Source of the DNA: Minisyncoccota bacterium
GTDB lineage: Bacteria; Patescibacteriota; Minisyncoccia; Phycocordibacterales; JAQTLZ01
NCBI GenBank assembly: GCA_028711065.1
Contig: JAQTSY010000002.1
Location: 8,263-72,262 of the forward strand
Direction of reading: 5' to 3'
Length of the DNA: 64,000 nt
Shown: one piece after another, positions 29,798-39,000 of the stretch
Layout of the letters: the number at the start of each line of letters is the position of its first letter
How positions within the stretch are numbered: position 1 is the stretch's first letter
Notes under the pieces: model-generated
The model's database searches: none
Told to the model about the DNA's origin: nothing
Seen by the model: the letters and a program-made list of their open reading frames with translations, nothing else
Position numbers and translations under genes: made by a program

Positions 29798-32116
29798 ATG
29801 GAAAAAATTCACAACAGCATTCAGGAAAAAAGTTCTCTCTACAATTTTTGGCATAAAACTCCAAAGATCTCTTTTTTGCATTTTCTCCTTTTTGTATTAG
29901 TGCTCATTTTTGCTCTACAGGCAATTTCACAGGCAACAGAAAACATGGTTGCCGATTACTTTGCTCCTTCAGATCTCGCCGCCATTGCAAACGTAAATAT
30001 TCCCGTAATCACAAGTCCTCTTACAGCCTCCGGTATGGTAGGTCAGCCATTTAGCTACCAGATGACAGCTACCAATGGGCCGATCTCTTTGTATGGGTGT
30101 AATGCTATTCCCAAAACTATACCTGGTCTTACGTGCGACTCCGCAACAGGCCTTATTTCTGGGATTCCCCAAGCACCGCTCCCCCCAACCGGCCTCCCTG
30201 TGTCTGTGACTAGTACTCCGTATGTGAATGGTTACGCTACTATACAGTTCACTATCGATGGCGGTTCGGATGTATTTAATACTCTTTCCATGGCCTCAAG
30301 GGTCACTCTTATTCCCGGGGATGTCTATCGATTTTTCCCTCAAGTTCTTGATAAAAATAAAAAAGTCGTGTCTTGGAATCTTTATACTTTTACGGGCACG
30401 CAGGGTGTGAACGCCAATGCGGGATATTATTCTGCTGATACTCCAGGGACATTTCCTATCACTGCCACTGCAACCGGTGTTCCCGGTGCGTCTCTTGCAA
30501 CTGCCAGCGCGGAGGTTACTGTGGTGCCTGATGCTAGTTTTTTGCCGGCTGCGACGAGCATTAAGATTAGTGGACCTGATAAGGTGGCGAACTCTACTAT
30601 CTTTGAAACTCGTCACACTGCTGGGGTGTTGCTTCAGGCCTATGATGCAAATGGAACACTTCAGCTTATCCATGCAGATGATCCTCTTATAGAGTGGAGC
30701 GTTTCTGGAGGGGGAGTCATAAATCCTAATCCCAATCACACAGTGAATCCTGCCAATGCAACTTTTTTTGCTGGACCGACGCCCGGAAATTATGTGATCA
30801 CGGCAAAATGGAATGGGCTTGTCACCACTTTTCCAATTGAGGTGACCAATCCTCCGTCGCTCTCAACCGTGACACTTTCCCCCGCCTCATCTGCCCAGGC
30901 GCCCATCCAAGTGCCAAGTGGAGCAACTCAAATTTTTACTGTTGGCATCTTTGATCAATTCGGTAATTCTCTCGGTAATAAGACAATAAACGGCAAAGGG
31001 ATAAGCGGTGATTGCGGTACTGTCTCTGGCGCGCTTGCTTTCACTGCCGGAAATAATGTTGGTCATACTTGTGCCGTCTGGGTAAATGTACCGTTCGGAA
31101 CATTTACGAGTGATGTCCTTGGAGAACCCGAAACGGCTTTTTACAGTGCAGTGCAAGGTGTCGCATATGTGACAGTTGCAGATGCTCCAACTCCTGCATC
31201 AATCACACTTTCTACGTCTGCCACTACGCTTTTGCCGAATGCTTCTGCCCATATAACCGCTAATGTGAAAGATCAATACGGTAAACAAATGAGCCCTGTA
31301 CTCTCTTGGTCTGCGGACAGCGGAATTTCTGTTCCACCTTCAGGTTATACCGCTGACGCAGTTGTTGATATCTACGCAAAAGGTTCTTATGTTGTGACTG
31401 CAAAATCTTCAAACGGAGTAACGGCAAATATTACGCTTACCGTTCCAACGGTATTTAAAACTCTGCAAATTACTCCTACTTCTGTTACCTTACCTTTCAA
31501 TGGTAAACAACAGTTCACGGTAACCGCTCTTGACCAAACCGGAACAGCTCTCGATCCACAGCCGTCGCTCACGTATGCAGTTACCAACGGAGGTTCTATT
31601 TCTTCTTCTGGCCTCTTTTCCGGTACAGTAGCGGGAAGTCACAGCGTGTCTGTGACAAATTCCGTCAATGCGCTTGTCGCGAAGGCCTTTGTCTTTGTAA
31701 ATGGACCAAGTACTGCGGCGGCTCCATCTTCTCCTACTCCAACTCCGACTCCAGCTCCACAATCGCCTAGCTCAACAACACCGACGCCAACTCCGACTAC
31801 GGCGACTCCTACCCCAGTCCCTACACCTGTTGATGCTAGTCAGACAATAGCAACAATTTCTATTTCACCAACGAATCCATCTATTCCACGAGGTGGCTCG
31901 CAACAATTCAGTGCCACTGCCTATAATTCGGCTGGTGTCGCTCTGTCTCCTCAGCCAACCTTTGCGTGGTCTGGGCAGATTTCTCCTGATTTTAGCAATA
32001 ACAATGGTCTTATTACTGTGACTCCCGGAGCGACTGTGGGAGCAAGTCACATTGTTGTCGTGGCTGTTCCGAAGGCAAACAAATATGCTTACACTTCCTT
32101 TGTTGTTACTCCATAA
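29798..32116 (+). CDS. large secreted protein with bacterial Ig-like (BIG2-type) domains and PT/ST linker
   Basis: Signal/anchor FLHFLLFVLVLIFALQAISQA; repeated Ig-like segments; linker SPTPTPTPAPQSPSSTTPTPTPTTATPTPVPTPV. Confidence 0.7.
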   Translation: MEKIHNSIQEKSSLYNFWHKTPKISFLHFLLFVLVLIFALQAISQATENMVADYFAPSDLAAIANVNIPVITSPLTASGMVGQPFSYQMTATNGPISLYGCNAIPKTIPGLTCDSATGLISGIPQAPLPPTGLPVSVTSTPYVNGYATIQFTIDGGSDVFNTLSMASRVTLIPGDVYRFFPQVLDKNKKVVSWNLYTFTGTQGVNANAGYYSADTPGTFPITATATGVPGASLATASAEVTVVPDASFLPAATSIKISGPDKVANSTIFETRHTAGVLLQAYDANGTLQLIHADDPLIEWSVSGGGVINPNPNHTVNPANATFFAGPTPGNYVITAKWNGLVTTFPIEVTNPPSLSTVTLSPASSAQAPIQVPSGATQIFTVGIFDQFGNSLGNKTINGKGISGDCGTVSGALAFTAGNNVGHTCAVWVNVPFGTFTSDVLGEPETAFYSAVQGVAYVTVADAPTPASITLSTSATTLLPNASAHITANVKDQYGKQMSPVLSWSADSGISVPPSGYTADAVVDIYAKGSYVVTAKSSNGVTANITLTVPTVFKTLQITPTSVTLPFNGKQQFTVTALDQTGTALDPQPSLTYAVTNGGSISSSGLFSGTVAGSHSVSVTNSVNALVAKAFVFVNGPSTAAAPSSPTPTPTPAPQSPSSTTPTPTPTTATPTPVPTPVDASQTIATISISPTNPSIPRGGSQQFSATAYNSAGVALSPQPTFAWSGQISPDFSNNNGLITVTPGATVGASHIVVVAVPKANKYAYTSFVVTP
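31727..31830 (+). repeat. Pro-Thr linker-coding low-complexity repeat in gene 29798
   Basis: acNccN tandem units. Confidence 0.55.
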
Positions 32117-32136
32117 AAATCTATAAAAGCTAGTTC

Positions 32137-32175
32137 AAAACCCCCGCCTTCGGAAACGAAGGCGGGGGTTTTGTT
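32137..32175 (+). terminator. Hairpin aaaacccccgccttcg-gaaa-cgaaggcgggggtttt
   Basis: 16-bp stem, GAAA tetraloop, T-run. Confidence 0.7.
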
Positions 32176-32206
32176 CCCTTGCACTTCTCTTTGCGGGGGA
32201 GATATA

Positions 32207-33019
32207 ATGAATCCATTACTCGTCTTAATTATTATTATGAAAGTAGAAAAAAATCCTGGTATTCCGACAGTAGACGATTCTTTTGAGGTGACAGCGCCCG
32301 CTGAACGCGCCGCAATTGAGAAGCGTGAAGCCGGAGCTTCAAAAGTAGAAAAAGGAGCCGAAAGCTCGGTCTTTGATGCCGGAAGAGCTCGGTTTGAAAA
32401 TGTCGCAAATGTTATCGGCGGTTGGAAAGAGAAAGGCATGTCAATGTTGAAGAGCGGTTGGGGAAAGGTAAGCCGTTTTTTCGGCAAAATTGGAAAAGTT
32501 GGAAAGGAAGCCGCAGTTGTCGCTCTCTCCTTGCCTGAGATAAAGGACAAGGCCGTAGAAGGTGTTAAGTCAGGTGTAGAGCGCGGAGTCAACGCCGTAA
32601 AAAGCGGCGCTGAATACGTAAAAAATGGAGTTCTCGATACTGCTGCGTATGGAGCGATGCTCGCGCAAGATGGAGCACAATTTGCCGAGGCAAAAGCAAA
32701 ATGGGCCAAAGATAAAACTGTTGAAGGTGGCCAAGCGGTCTATGGATATGCGGCAGAACGTTACAACTCTCTCCGAGACGGAGCAGAATCTCTAGTAAAC
32801 GGAGCGACCGAGAGAATTCGGGCTGCAAAAGAAAGTTTTGGCAATCGCATAAATGCAATCAGGATGAAGCGCCTTGCTGCAGAACTTGCCCGCGAAGAAT
32901 TGAAACAAGCAGAAGGAGCTCGTAGAGTCGAAGCTCTAAAGGCCAGAATTAATAAATTCCAAGAAGCAGAGAAGCTAAAGAGCATGAGTTCAGCTATCTC
33001 CTTTGACGGAAGCTTCTAA
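32207..33019 (+). CDS. Ala/Lys/Glu-rich coiled-coil hypothetical protein
   Basis: GGGGGAG SD-like 6-7 nt upstream of ATG 32207; short N-terminal hydrophobic segment; start placed after terminator. Confidence 0.5.
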   Translation: MNPLLVLIIIMKVEKNPGIPTVDDSFEVTAPAERAAIEKREAGASKVEKGAESSVFDAGRARFENVANVIGGWKEKGMSMLKSGWGKVSRFFGKIGKVGKEAAVVALSLPEIKDKAVEGVKSGVERGVNAVKSGAEYVKNGVLDTAAYGAMLAQDGAQFAEAKAKWAKDKTVEGGQAVYGYAAERYNSLRDGAESLVNGATERIRAAKESFGNRINAIRMKRLAAELAREELKQAEGARRVEALKARINKFQEAEKLKSMSSAISFDGSF

Positions 33020-33031
33020 TTTTTCCTCTCT

Positions 33032-33388
33032 ATGACACCACAAGCATATTTACAACAAATCAAAGCAAGCTCTCTTTCGGAGAGTACAAAAAAGGCAATA
33101 GAAAAACTTCTTTCTGCGCCGGATACAGCGACAACAGCTAAAATCCAAGAGCTTATCCAAGCTGATATTGATGAGAGTTTCAAAGCAGATGATCCGGCAA
33201 AAATGGATGATCCAGAGGTCATGAAGGTTTTTGCAGATACTGATGTGGAACTCAAAAAAGTCGAGGGCGATCTCGAATCAGGCTTGGAATTCATATCAAA
33301 AGAAATGGAGAAATTGGAAGCGGACGTGGCTCAACTCGACAAGATTGCCGATGCAAACAAACTTTCCCAAGTGAGAGCTTCTCTCTAA
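33032..33388 (+). CDS. small acidic hypothetical protein
   Basis: 118-aa ORF. Confidence 0.5.
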   Translation: MTPQAYLQQIKASSLSESTKKAIEKLLSAPDTATTAKIQELIQADIDESFKADDPAKMDDPEVMKVFADTDVELKKVEGDLESGLEFISKEMEKLEADVAQLDKIADANKLSQVRASL

Positions 33389-33485
33389 TTTTTTTCTCTC
33401 GTCTTAAATAAAAAAGCAGCCTTTGTAATGGGGCTTGCTTTTTTATTATTATGTGTTATTCTAGTTTTGAAAGGAGGTTTCGAAT

Positions 33486-33680
33486 ATGCGTGATCTTCTG
33501 TTCTTTTTCCAGATCCAGTGGGGAGTGTGCCACCTTCGAGCGCTTCTTCACAGAACGAGGATGATCCGTTTTCTTCATTGGTCGTATTGGCCATCGAATG
33601 CCAAGACCAAGAAGGCTCATGAAGAGTTACGCAGAGCGAATCGTCGCACTGCGAGGCAAATTCTCGAAGGCAAATGCTGA
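33486..33680 (+). CDS. possible small basic protein (64 aa) in higher-GC islet
   Basis: AGGAGG SD 9 nt upstream (33471-33476); own hairpin+T-run terminator at 33688-33722; composition odd, could instead be an ncRNA. Confidence 0.2.
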   Translation: MRDLLFFFQIQWGVCHLRALLHRTRMIRFLHWSYWPSNAKTKKAHEELRRANRRTARQILEGKC

Positions 33681-33723
33681 AGTGTATATGCTCACGGCCC
33701 ACTGGGGATCGTGAGTGTTTTTA

Positions 33724-34092
33724 TTATTTTATTTCTTCCTTCAACTTCTCTGCATTTCCGGCGAGATCTTTTTTATCGCCTTTTACTTTATCATTTGGAA
33801 ATACCCATACGTGAGCGTGTGGAACTTCGTCGCCTATTATTTTTGAAAGTATCCAATCAGTTCCGAACGTTTTTCTTTGCGCGAGAGCTACTTTTTTTAC
33901 GAGCTCAAAATATTCTCCTGCATTTGGTATATCCCATACCCAGCGGTAGTGTTTCTTGGGGATAACTTGTGTATGTCCTGGGGATTGGGGGTTGATATCT
34001 AAAAAGGCTAGAAAATCACTATCCTCATACACAATATGGGCGGGGATTTCTTTTTTCACAATTTTGCAAAATACACAATTTTTATCTTCCAT
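33724..34092 (-). CDS. HIT-family hydrolase-like protein (variant histidine triad HAHVW)
   Basis: CVFCKIV zinc motif, [17 protein letters not shown], triad region PHAHVWVFP with third His replaced by Trp. Confidence 0.8.
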   Translation of the reverse strand: MEDKNCVFCKIVKKEIPAHIVYEDSDFLAFLDINPQSPGHTQVIPKKHYRWVWDIPNAGEYFELVKKVALAQRKTFGTDWILSKIIGDEVPHAHVWVFPNDKVKGDKKDLAGNAEKLKEEIK

Positions 34093-34117
34093 AATGGTCT
34101 ATAATAGCTCTTAATGA

Positions 34118-34200
34118 ATCCCGTTAGAAGCAACCAACATTTATACATTATGCTTTATTCAAACCATTATCAAATAATCGGAGCTAGCTTCTAACGGGAT
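34118..34200 (+). promoter_or_regulatory. 14-bp perfect inverted repeat (atcccgttagaagc ... gcttctaacgggat) with 55-nt spacer; right arm overlaps recJ start codon
   Basis: TATAAT at 34101-34106 precedes left arm; predicted 5'-UTR stem sequestering recJ translation start. Confidence 0.35.
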
Positions 34201-35923
34201 GAAATCTTATTCAGTTAGAGAAAGTATACCAAAAGATCAGGGAAAAGGTTTGGAAGCATTTCCTGAACTTACTCGCCATCTTTTATTTCACCGAGGTATA
34301 CAAAATGCTGAAGATGCGAAAACATTTTTAAATCCCGATTATATTTCGCATGTTCATGATCCCTATCTTTTGTCTGGAATGGACAAAGCGGTCCAAAGGA
34401 TTCTTTCCGCGATAGAAAAAAAAGAAAAAATCTGCATCTACAGCGACTATGACATGGACGGAATCCCTGGAGCGATCGTTCTCTCTGATTTTTTCAAGAA
34501 AATTGGCTATAAAGAAAATATTCGAGTCTACATTCCGCATCGGCATGACGAAGGATTTGGATTGAATCATGATGCGATAGAAGATATTGCAAAAGAGGGC
34601 GCGAAGCTTCTCATCACCATTGATTGTGGTATTGCTGACCCGAAAGAAGTCGCCCACGCAAATTCGCTTGGTCTCGATGTTATTGTTACCGATCATCATT
34701 TGCCTGGGAAAACCCTGCCCGAAGCGTTTGCGATCATAAATCCGAAATGTTCTCCAGAATATCCGTTTCAAGATCTTTGCGGTTCCGGAGTTGTCTTCAA
34801 GCTTGTTCAAGCCCTCCTTACAAAAAATAATTTTGGTTTGAAAGAGGGAACAGAGAAATGGCTCTTGGATATGGTGGGAATGGCAACTTGTTCGGATATG
34901 GTTCCTCTTGTCGGGGAGAATCGCGTTTTTGCCCAGTATGGTTTGAAAGTGCTTCGCAAATCTCCTCGAGTCGGACTTTTGAAATTCTTTGCGAAAAATA
35001 AAGTAAATCAGCGCGATCTTACCGAAGATGATATTGGTTTTACTATCGCTCCGCGAATAAACGCGGCTTCTCGAATGGGGGATCCGATGCAAGCCTTTCG
35101 ACTTCTCTCGACCGATGATGAAGCGGAGGCAGACGAACTATCTGATTATTTAAATCAGGTGAATGATGAACGAAAGGGGGTTGTCGCTTCAATGGTTAAA
35201 GAAATGAAGAAAAAAATCGAAGTTCGATTTGCCAAGAAAGAGATGCCGAAAGTTTTGGTAATGGGAAATCCGCTTTGGCGCCCATCGCTTTTAGGACTTG
35301 CAGCGAACACATTAATGGAAGCTCATTCTCGGCCGGTATTTTTGTGGGGCAGAGACGGAGGAGATGGAGAGGGGGCGCTTAAGGGTTCGTGCAGATCGGA
35401 TGGAAGCGTTTCTCTCGTTGGACTTATGCAAGCGACACGCCCTGGAGTATTTGCGGAATTTGGCGGGCACCATATGGCTGGAGGATTTACTGTTGTATCC
35501 GACAAAGTGCATTTTCTTGAAGCGGAATTGGAGCATGCGTATGAAAAAGCACGGGAGGCATATGAAAAACCAGACGCGCTTCTTGTAGACAAAAAACTTT
35601 TGCTCGAGGATGTAAATTGGCAAACCTACGGAGAAATCGAGAAGCTCGCACCATTTGGAGTGGGGAATGCAAAACCGGTTTTCCTTTTCGACAATGTAAT
35701 CATTGAAGAAGTAAAACAATTCGGAAAAGAGAAAAATCATCTCGAACTGCTCTTCAGAAAAGCAGACGGCAGAAAAGTCTCAGCAATTTCTTTTTTCTCA
35801 TCTCTCGCAGATTTTGAAGTACCGATTGAGAAGGGGAGTATGGTTAACCTCGTGGCATCACTTGAAAAATCTACCTTCAGAAATTTTCCTGAATTACGAT
35901 TACGGATTATTGACATTGTATAA
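34199..35923 (+). CDS. recJ: single-stranded-DNA-specific exonuclease RecJ
   Basis: DHH motifs (DYDMDG, ITIDCG, DHH at VTDHHLPG), DHHA1 domain. Confidence 0.92.
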   Translation: MKSYSVRESIPKDQGKGLEAFPELTRHLLFHRGIQNAEDAKTFLNPDYISHVHDPYLLSGMDKAVQRILSAIEKKEKICIYSDYDMDGIPGAIVLSDFFKKIGYKENIRVYIPHRHDEGFGLNHDAIEDIAKEGAKLLITIDCGIADPKEVAHANSLGLDVIVTDHHLPGKTLPEAFAIINPKCSPEYPFQDLCGSGVVFKLVQALLTKNNFGLKEGTEKWLLDMVGMATCSDMVPLVGENRVFAQYGLKVLRKSPRVGLLKFFAKNKVNQRDLTEDDIGFTIAPRINAASRMGDPMQAFRLLSTDDEAEADELSDYLNQVNDERKGVVASMVKEMKKKIEVRFAKKEMPKVLVMGNPLWRPSLLGLAANTLMEAHSRPVFLWGRDGGDGEGALKGSCRSDGSVSLVGLMQATRPGVFAEFGGHHMAGGFTVVSDKVHFLEAELEHAYEKAREAYEKPDALLVDKKLLLEDVNWQTYGEIEKLAPFGVGNAKPVFLFDNVIIEEVKQFGKEKNHLELLFRKADGRKVSAISFFSSLADFEVPIEKGSMVNLVASLEKSTFRNFPELRLRIIDIV

Positions 35924-35988
35924 TATTTAGTATATAATATAACTCGGTAGTTTTTCGATAACATTCACTCTTTTGGGAGACCGGGATC

Positions 35989-36414
35989 ATGTTGATTCTC
36001 AGAGATTTTTTCCTTTTGGGCCTAGCCGGCCTTGGGATGGAAGTCGTATTCACCTGGTTCTTTGCAGCGAAGAGGAACCAGGCGAACGTCGTTCATCACC
36101 GGATGGCAATGGGTTACAGCCACCCGTATTTCATCGTGACGTATGGAACTGTCGCGCTTTTGTTCGCGTGGCAGGGCAATGCGATCTTTGAGTGGCATTG
36201 GATCGGGAGATATTTCTTTTTCACAGCATATGCATTCGTCCTCGAGACGTTGCAGAATCTGTGTCTAAGAGCGATCCATGGTCAAGGGCCTTGCGAAGAA
36301 GTGTATCGCAGGTCGGGGAAGGCACTTTTCGGCGGATTGGTCCGCTGGGACTTCCCATTTTACTTTGGCGGTGCGGGGTTTTTGTTCCAGCTCGCCTACC
36401 AGTCAATGCACTAG
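35989..36414 (+). CDS. hypothetical 4-TM membrane protein in high-GC islet
   Basis: 141 aa, aromatic-rich TM segments; -10 TATAAT at ~35953. Confidence 0.4.
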   Translation: MLILRDFFLLGLAGLGMEVVFTWFFAAKRNQANVVHHRMAMGYSHPYFIVTYGTVALLFAWQGNAIFEWHWIGRYFFFTAYAFVLETLQNLCLRAIHGQGPCEEVYRRSGKALFGGLVRWDFPFYFGGAGFLFQLAYQSMH

Positions 36415-36434
36415 AGAGATTTAAGGAGGGGAAA

Positions 36435-36533
36435 ATGTTGAAATATTTCGGTGCAGAGATGCTCTTTTTGATGATGATCACCTTGATGCTTTTGGGGGTC
36501 TTCATTGTCGCATGCTGGAGGCCGGCCTTTTAG
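36435..36533 (+). CDS. small hydrophobic peptide (32 aa) with strong SD
   Basis: AAGGAGGGG 5 nt upstream of ATG; MLKYFGAEMLFLMMITLMLLGVFIVACWRPAF single TM. Confidence 0.3.
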   Translation: MLKYFGAEMLFLMMITLMLLGVFIVACWRPAF

Positions 36534-36757
36534 TGTCTTCACTTTTAGCGGGGGGACTCTCGTGGGTAAAGTCGAAAAAACAGGCTGGAAACAAAGAGTT
36601 TGCGATTTCTTGGCAGAGTGCTTAAGTTGGGCAGTGGCGATCATTGCCTGGCTTTGCACTCGGCCTCTCAAACTTATTTTCTGGGCACTGTCGGAGATCA
36701 AAGGTAACGAGTAACAGAGGACGAAAGTTCTCTGTTTTTTTATGTTACTATATTTCG

Positions 36758-37465
36758 ATGCAATCAATTATTATTTTTACTGATGGAGCATCTCGAGGAA
36801 ATCCTGGGCCGGGCGGGTGGGGAGCCGTGATCGTAGAGAATGGAAAAGTTATTGAACTTGGCGGCACTGATAAAAAGACTACAAACAATAGAATGGAACT
36901 TTCAGGTGCCCTTGGAGCACTGCTTTCTCTGGGACAGAATAAAAATGAGAAAATCATGCTCTATTCCGATTCAAGTTATCTTCTAAACGGCATAACCAAA
37001 TGGGCAAAGGCATGGGAAGCGAACGGTTGGAAAACAAAAACAAAAGAAGATGTGCAAAATCGCGATCTGTGGGAAAAACTTCTCGACGCAGTAGATGGCA
37101 AAAATATTGAATGGAAATATCTCGGAGGGCACGTTGGAATCGCTGGCAACGAACGTGCAGATGAGATTGCAACTTCTTTCGCAGGTGGTGTGCCGACGAA
37201 GCTTTACAGTGGAGCACTTTCCGGATATGGAAGAAACATTTTAAATTTCGATCTCGACAAATCTCTCGCAAAAGAAAAAAGCGCTTCGCGCGCCCATTCG
37301 AACGCGAAAGCTTATTCATACTTAAGCCTTATCGATGGGATGCTTATCAAACATTCGACTTGGGCGGACTGCGAAAAGCGAGTAAAAGGCAAAAAAGCGA
37401 AATTTCGCAAAGCTCTCTCGGCTGACGACGAACAAGCTATTATGAAAGAGTGGGGCGTGAAATAG
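36758..37465 (+). CDS. rnhA: ribonuclease HI with C-terminal Cauli_VI-like (viroplasmin-type) domain
   Basis: N-terminal RNase H fold (FTDGASRGNPGPGGWG...MELSGAL...YSDSSYLLNGITKW...HVGIAGNERADEIA); C-terminal YSYLSLIDGMLIKHSTWADCEKRVKGKKAKFRKALSADDEQA resembles Cauli_VI domain, which is usually N-terminal. Confidence 0.85.
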   Translation: MQSIIIFTDGASRGNPGPGGWGAVIVENGKVIELGGTDKKTTNNRMELSGALGALLSLGQNKNEKIMLYSDSSYLLNGITKWAKAWEANGWKTKTKEDVQNRDLWEKLLDAVDGKNIEWKYLGGHVGIAGNERADEIATSFAGGVPTKLYSGALSGYGRNILNFDLDKSLAKEKSASRAHSNAKAYSYLSLIDGMLIKHSTWADCEKRVKGKKAKFRKALSADDEQAIMKEWGVK

Positions 37466-37467
37466 CA

Positions 37468-39000
37468 ATGCAAAATAAAACTTTTTATATCGTCCTCTCC
37501 AGTTTTATTTTGGGAGTTTTTCTTCGATCATTTTTGGAAATAAGTTTTACACTCTCTGTGCTCCTCTGTCTTGTGAGCGCAGCTGTGCTTTTTTATATTT
37601 GGTATGTCCGTCAAGGAGAAGAGAGTGGCGAAAATTTTTCGAAGTCGGTAGTCACCGCGTCGCTCTGTCTCTTTCTTATCTCTCTAGGTATCCTTCGCTA
37701 CAGCATTTCCGAGCGAGGTCGCTATCCGCTTCCTGAAAGGTTTGTCGGTCAAAAAGTTTCCGCTGAAGGCATCATTACCGAAGAACCCGATATTCGCGAT
37801 ACTTACCAGAGGCTTACGATTACGCTCCAAAAGATCGCCTCTACTACTGTTTCGGCAAAAATTATTACGAAGGCTGATCATTATGTCAATTTTCACTACG
37901 GTGATCGAGTCAGTCTCTCCGGTGCTATCACAAAACCGGAAAATTTTGAACCAGAAGCAGGCGAGCGCGCTTTCGACTATGTCTCCTATCTAGCAAAGGA
38001 CAATATTTACTACGAAATGAAATTTCCCAAAGTTTCTCTGCTTGGAGAAGGAGAGGGGAATCCGATTCGTTCCGTACTTTTCAAGATAAAAAATAATTTT
38101 ATCGAGCATATAAATGCCATTCTTTCTCCTCCGCACTCCTCGCTTCTGTCCGGGCTTTTAGTCGCAGGGAAAGGATCACTGGGCAAAGATTTGCAAGACG
38201 AATTTGTTCGAGCTGGCGCGATCCAGGTCGTTGTTCTTTCTGGCTATAACGTCACTATCGTTTCTGATGCGATCACGAAAGTGCTCTCATTTTTGCCTCG
38301 AACCTCGGCACTTTCATTTGGCGCTCTCGGCATAATCCTTTTTGTTCTTATGGCAGGAGGAACAGCGAGTATCGTTCGCGCGGGGATTATGGCCCTTGTG
38401 GTTATTTTGGGAAAAGCTTTCGGGCGCCGTTATGATGTGCTTCGCGCTCTCTGTATTGCCGGGGTGCTTATGATTATCGTCAATCCAAAAATTTTAGCAT
38501 TTGATCCTTCCTTTCAATTATCTTTTTTAGCAACGCTCGGTCTTATTTTAGCAACTCCGCTCATTGCGCCACATCTCTCATTTCTTCCTCTTCGTTTTAA
38601 AATAAGAGAAACAGTGACAGCGACGATTGCAACGCAAGTTTTTGTCTTGCCGTTTCTCTTATATCAGATCGGGAATCTTTCGCTTGTCGCTCTTTTCACC
38701 AATACGCTCATTATGATGTTCGTGCCCCTTACAATGTTTGCGGGTTTTCTCGCCACACTTTTTAGTTACATTTCAATCGCGGTCGCTTTTCCGCTCACTC
38801 TCATTTCATATTTCTTCCTGGGGTACGAACTTTTTGTGGTTCACTTTTTCTCTTCGCTCCCATTCGCTGCGGTCCAGATTCCATGGTTCCCTTGGTGGCT
38901 CATGTTTGCTTTCTATTTTTTCTACGCCAGAGTACTTTCGAAATTTTATCGCAACACTCATTCGATAGGGAATTCATTGGTGAGCTCGTCTGAAAAATAG
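37468..39000 (+). CDS. comEC: ComEC/Rec2 DNA-internalisation channel protein (channel domain only, no MBL domain)
   Basis: DUF4131-like N-terminus plus competence domain (LLSGLLVAGKGSLGKDLQDEFVRAGAIQVVVLSGYNVTIV), multiple TM; possible GTG start at 37450. Confidence 0.8.
   Translation: MQNKTFYIVLSSFILGVFLRSFLEISFTLSVLLCLVSAAVLFYIWYVRQGEESGENFSKSVVTASLCLFLISLGILRYSISERGRYPLPERFVGQKVSAEGIITEEPDIRDTYQRLTITLQKIASTTVSAKIITKADHYVNFHYGDRVSLSGAITKPENFEPEAGERAFDYVSYLAKDNIYYEMKFPKVSLLGEGEGNPIRSVLFKIKNNFIEHINAILSPPHSSLLSGLLVAGKGSLGKDLQDEFVRAGAIQVVVLSGYNVTIVSDAITKVLSFLPRTSALSFGALGIILFVLMAGGTASIVRAGIMALVVILGKAFGRRYDVLRALCIAGVLMIIVNPKILAFDPSFQLSFLATLGLILATPLIAPHLSFLPLRFKIRETVTATIATQVFVLPFLLYQIGNLSLVALFTNTLIMMFVPLTMFAGFLATLFSYISIAVAFPLTLISYFFLGYELFVVHFFSSLPFAAVQIPWFPWWLMFAFYFFYARVLSKFYRNTHSIGNSLVSSSEK

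Noticed and set aside
34328-35092. 254-aa minus-strand ORF antisense to recJ
   Set aside because: Antisense shadow of recJ.
36192-36533. 113-aa ORF spanning 36192-36533 and minus ORF 36221-36505
   Set aside because: Only the terminal 32 codons after AAGGAGGGG-ATG look translationally plausible; the upstream part overlaps ORF 35989-36414 in another frame.
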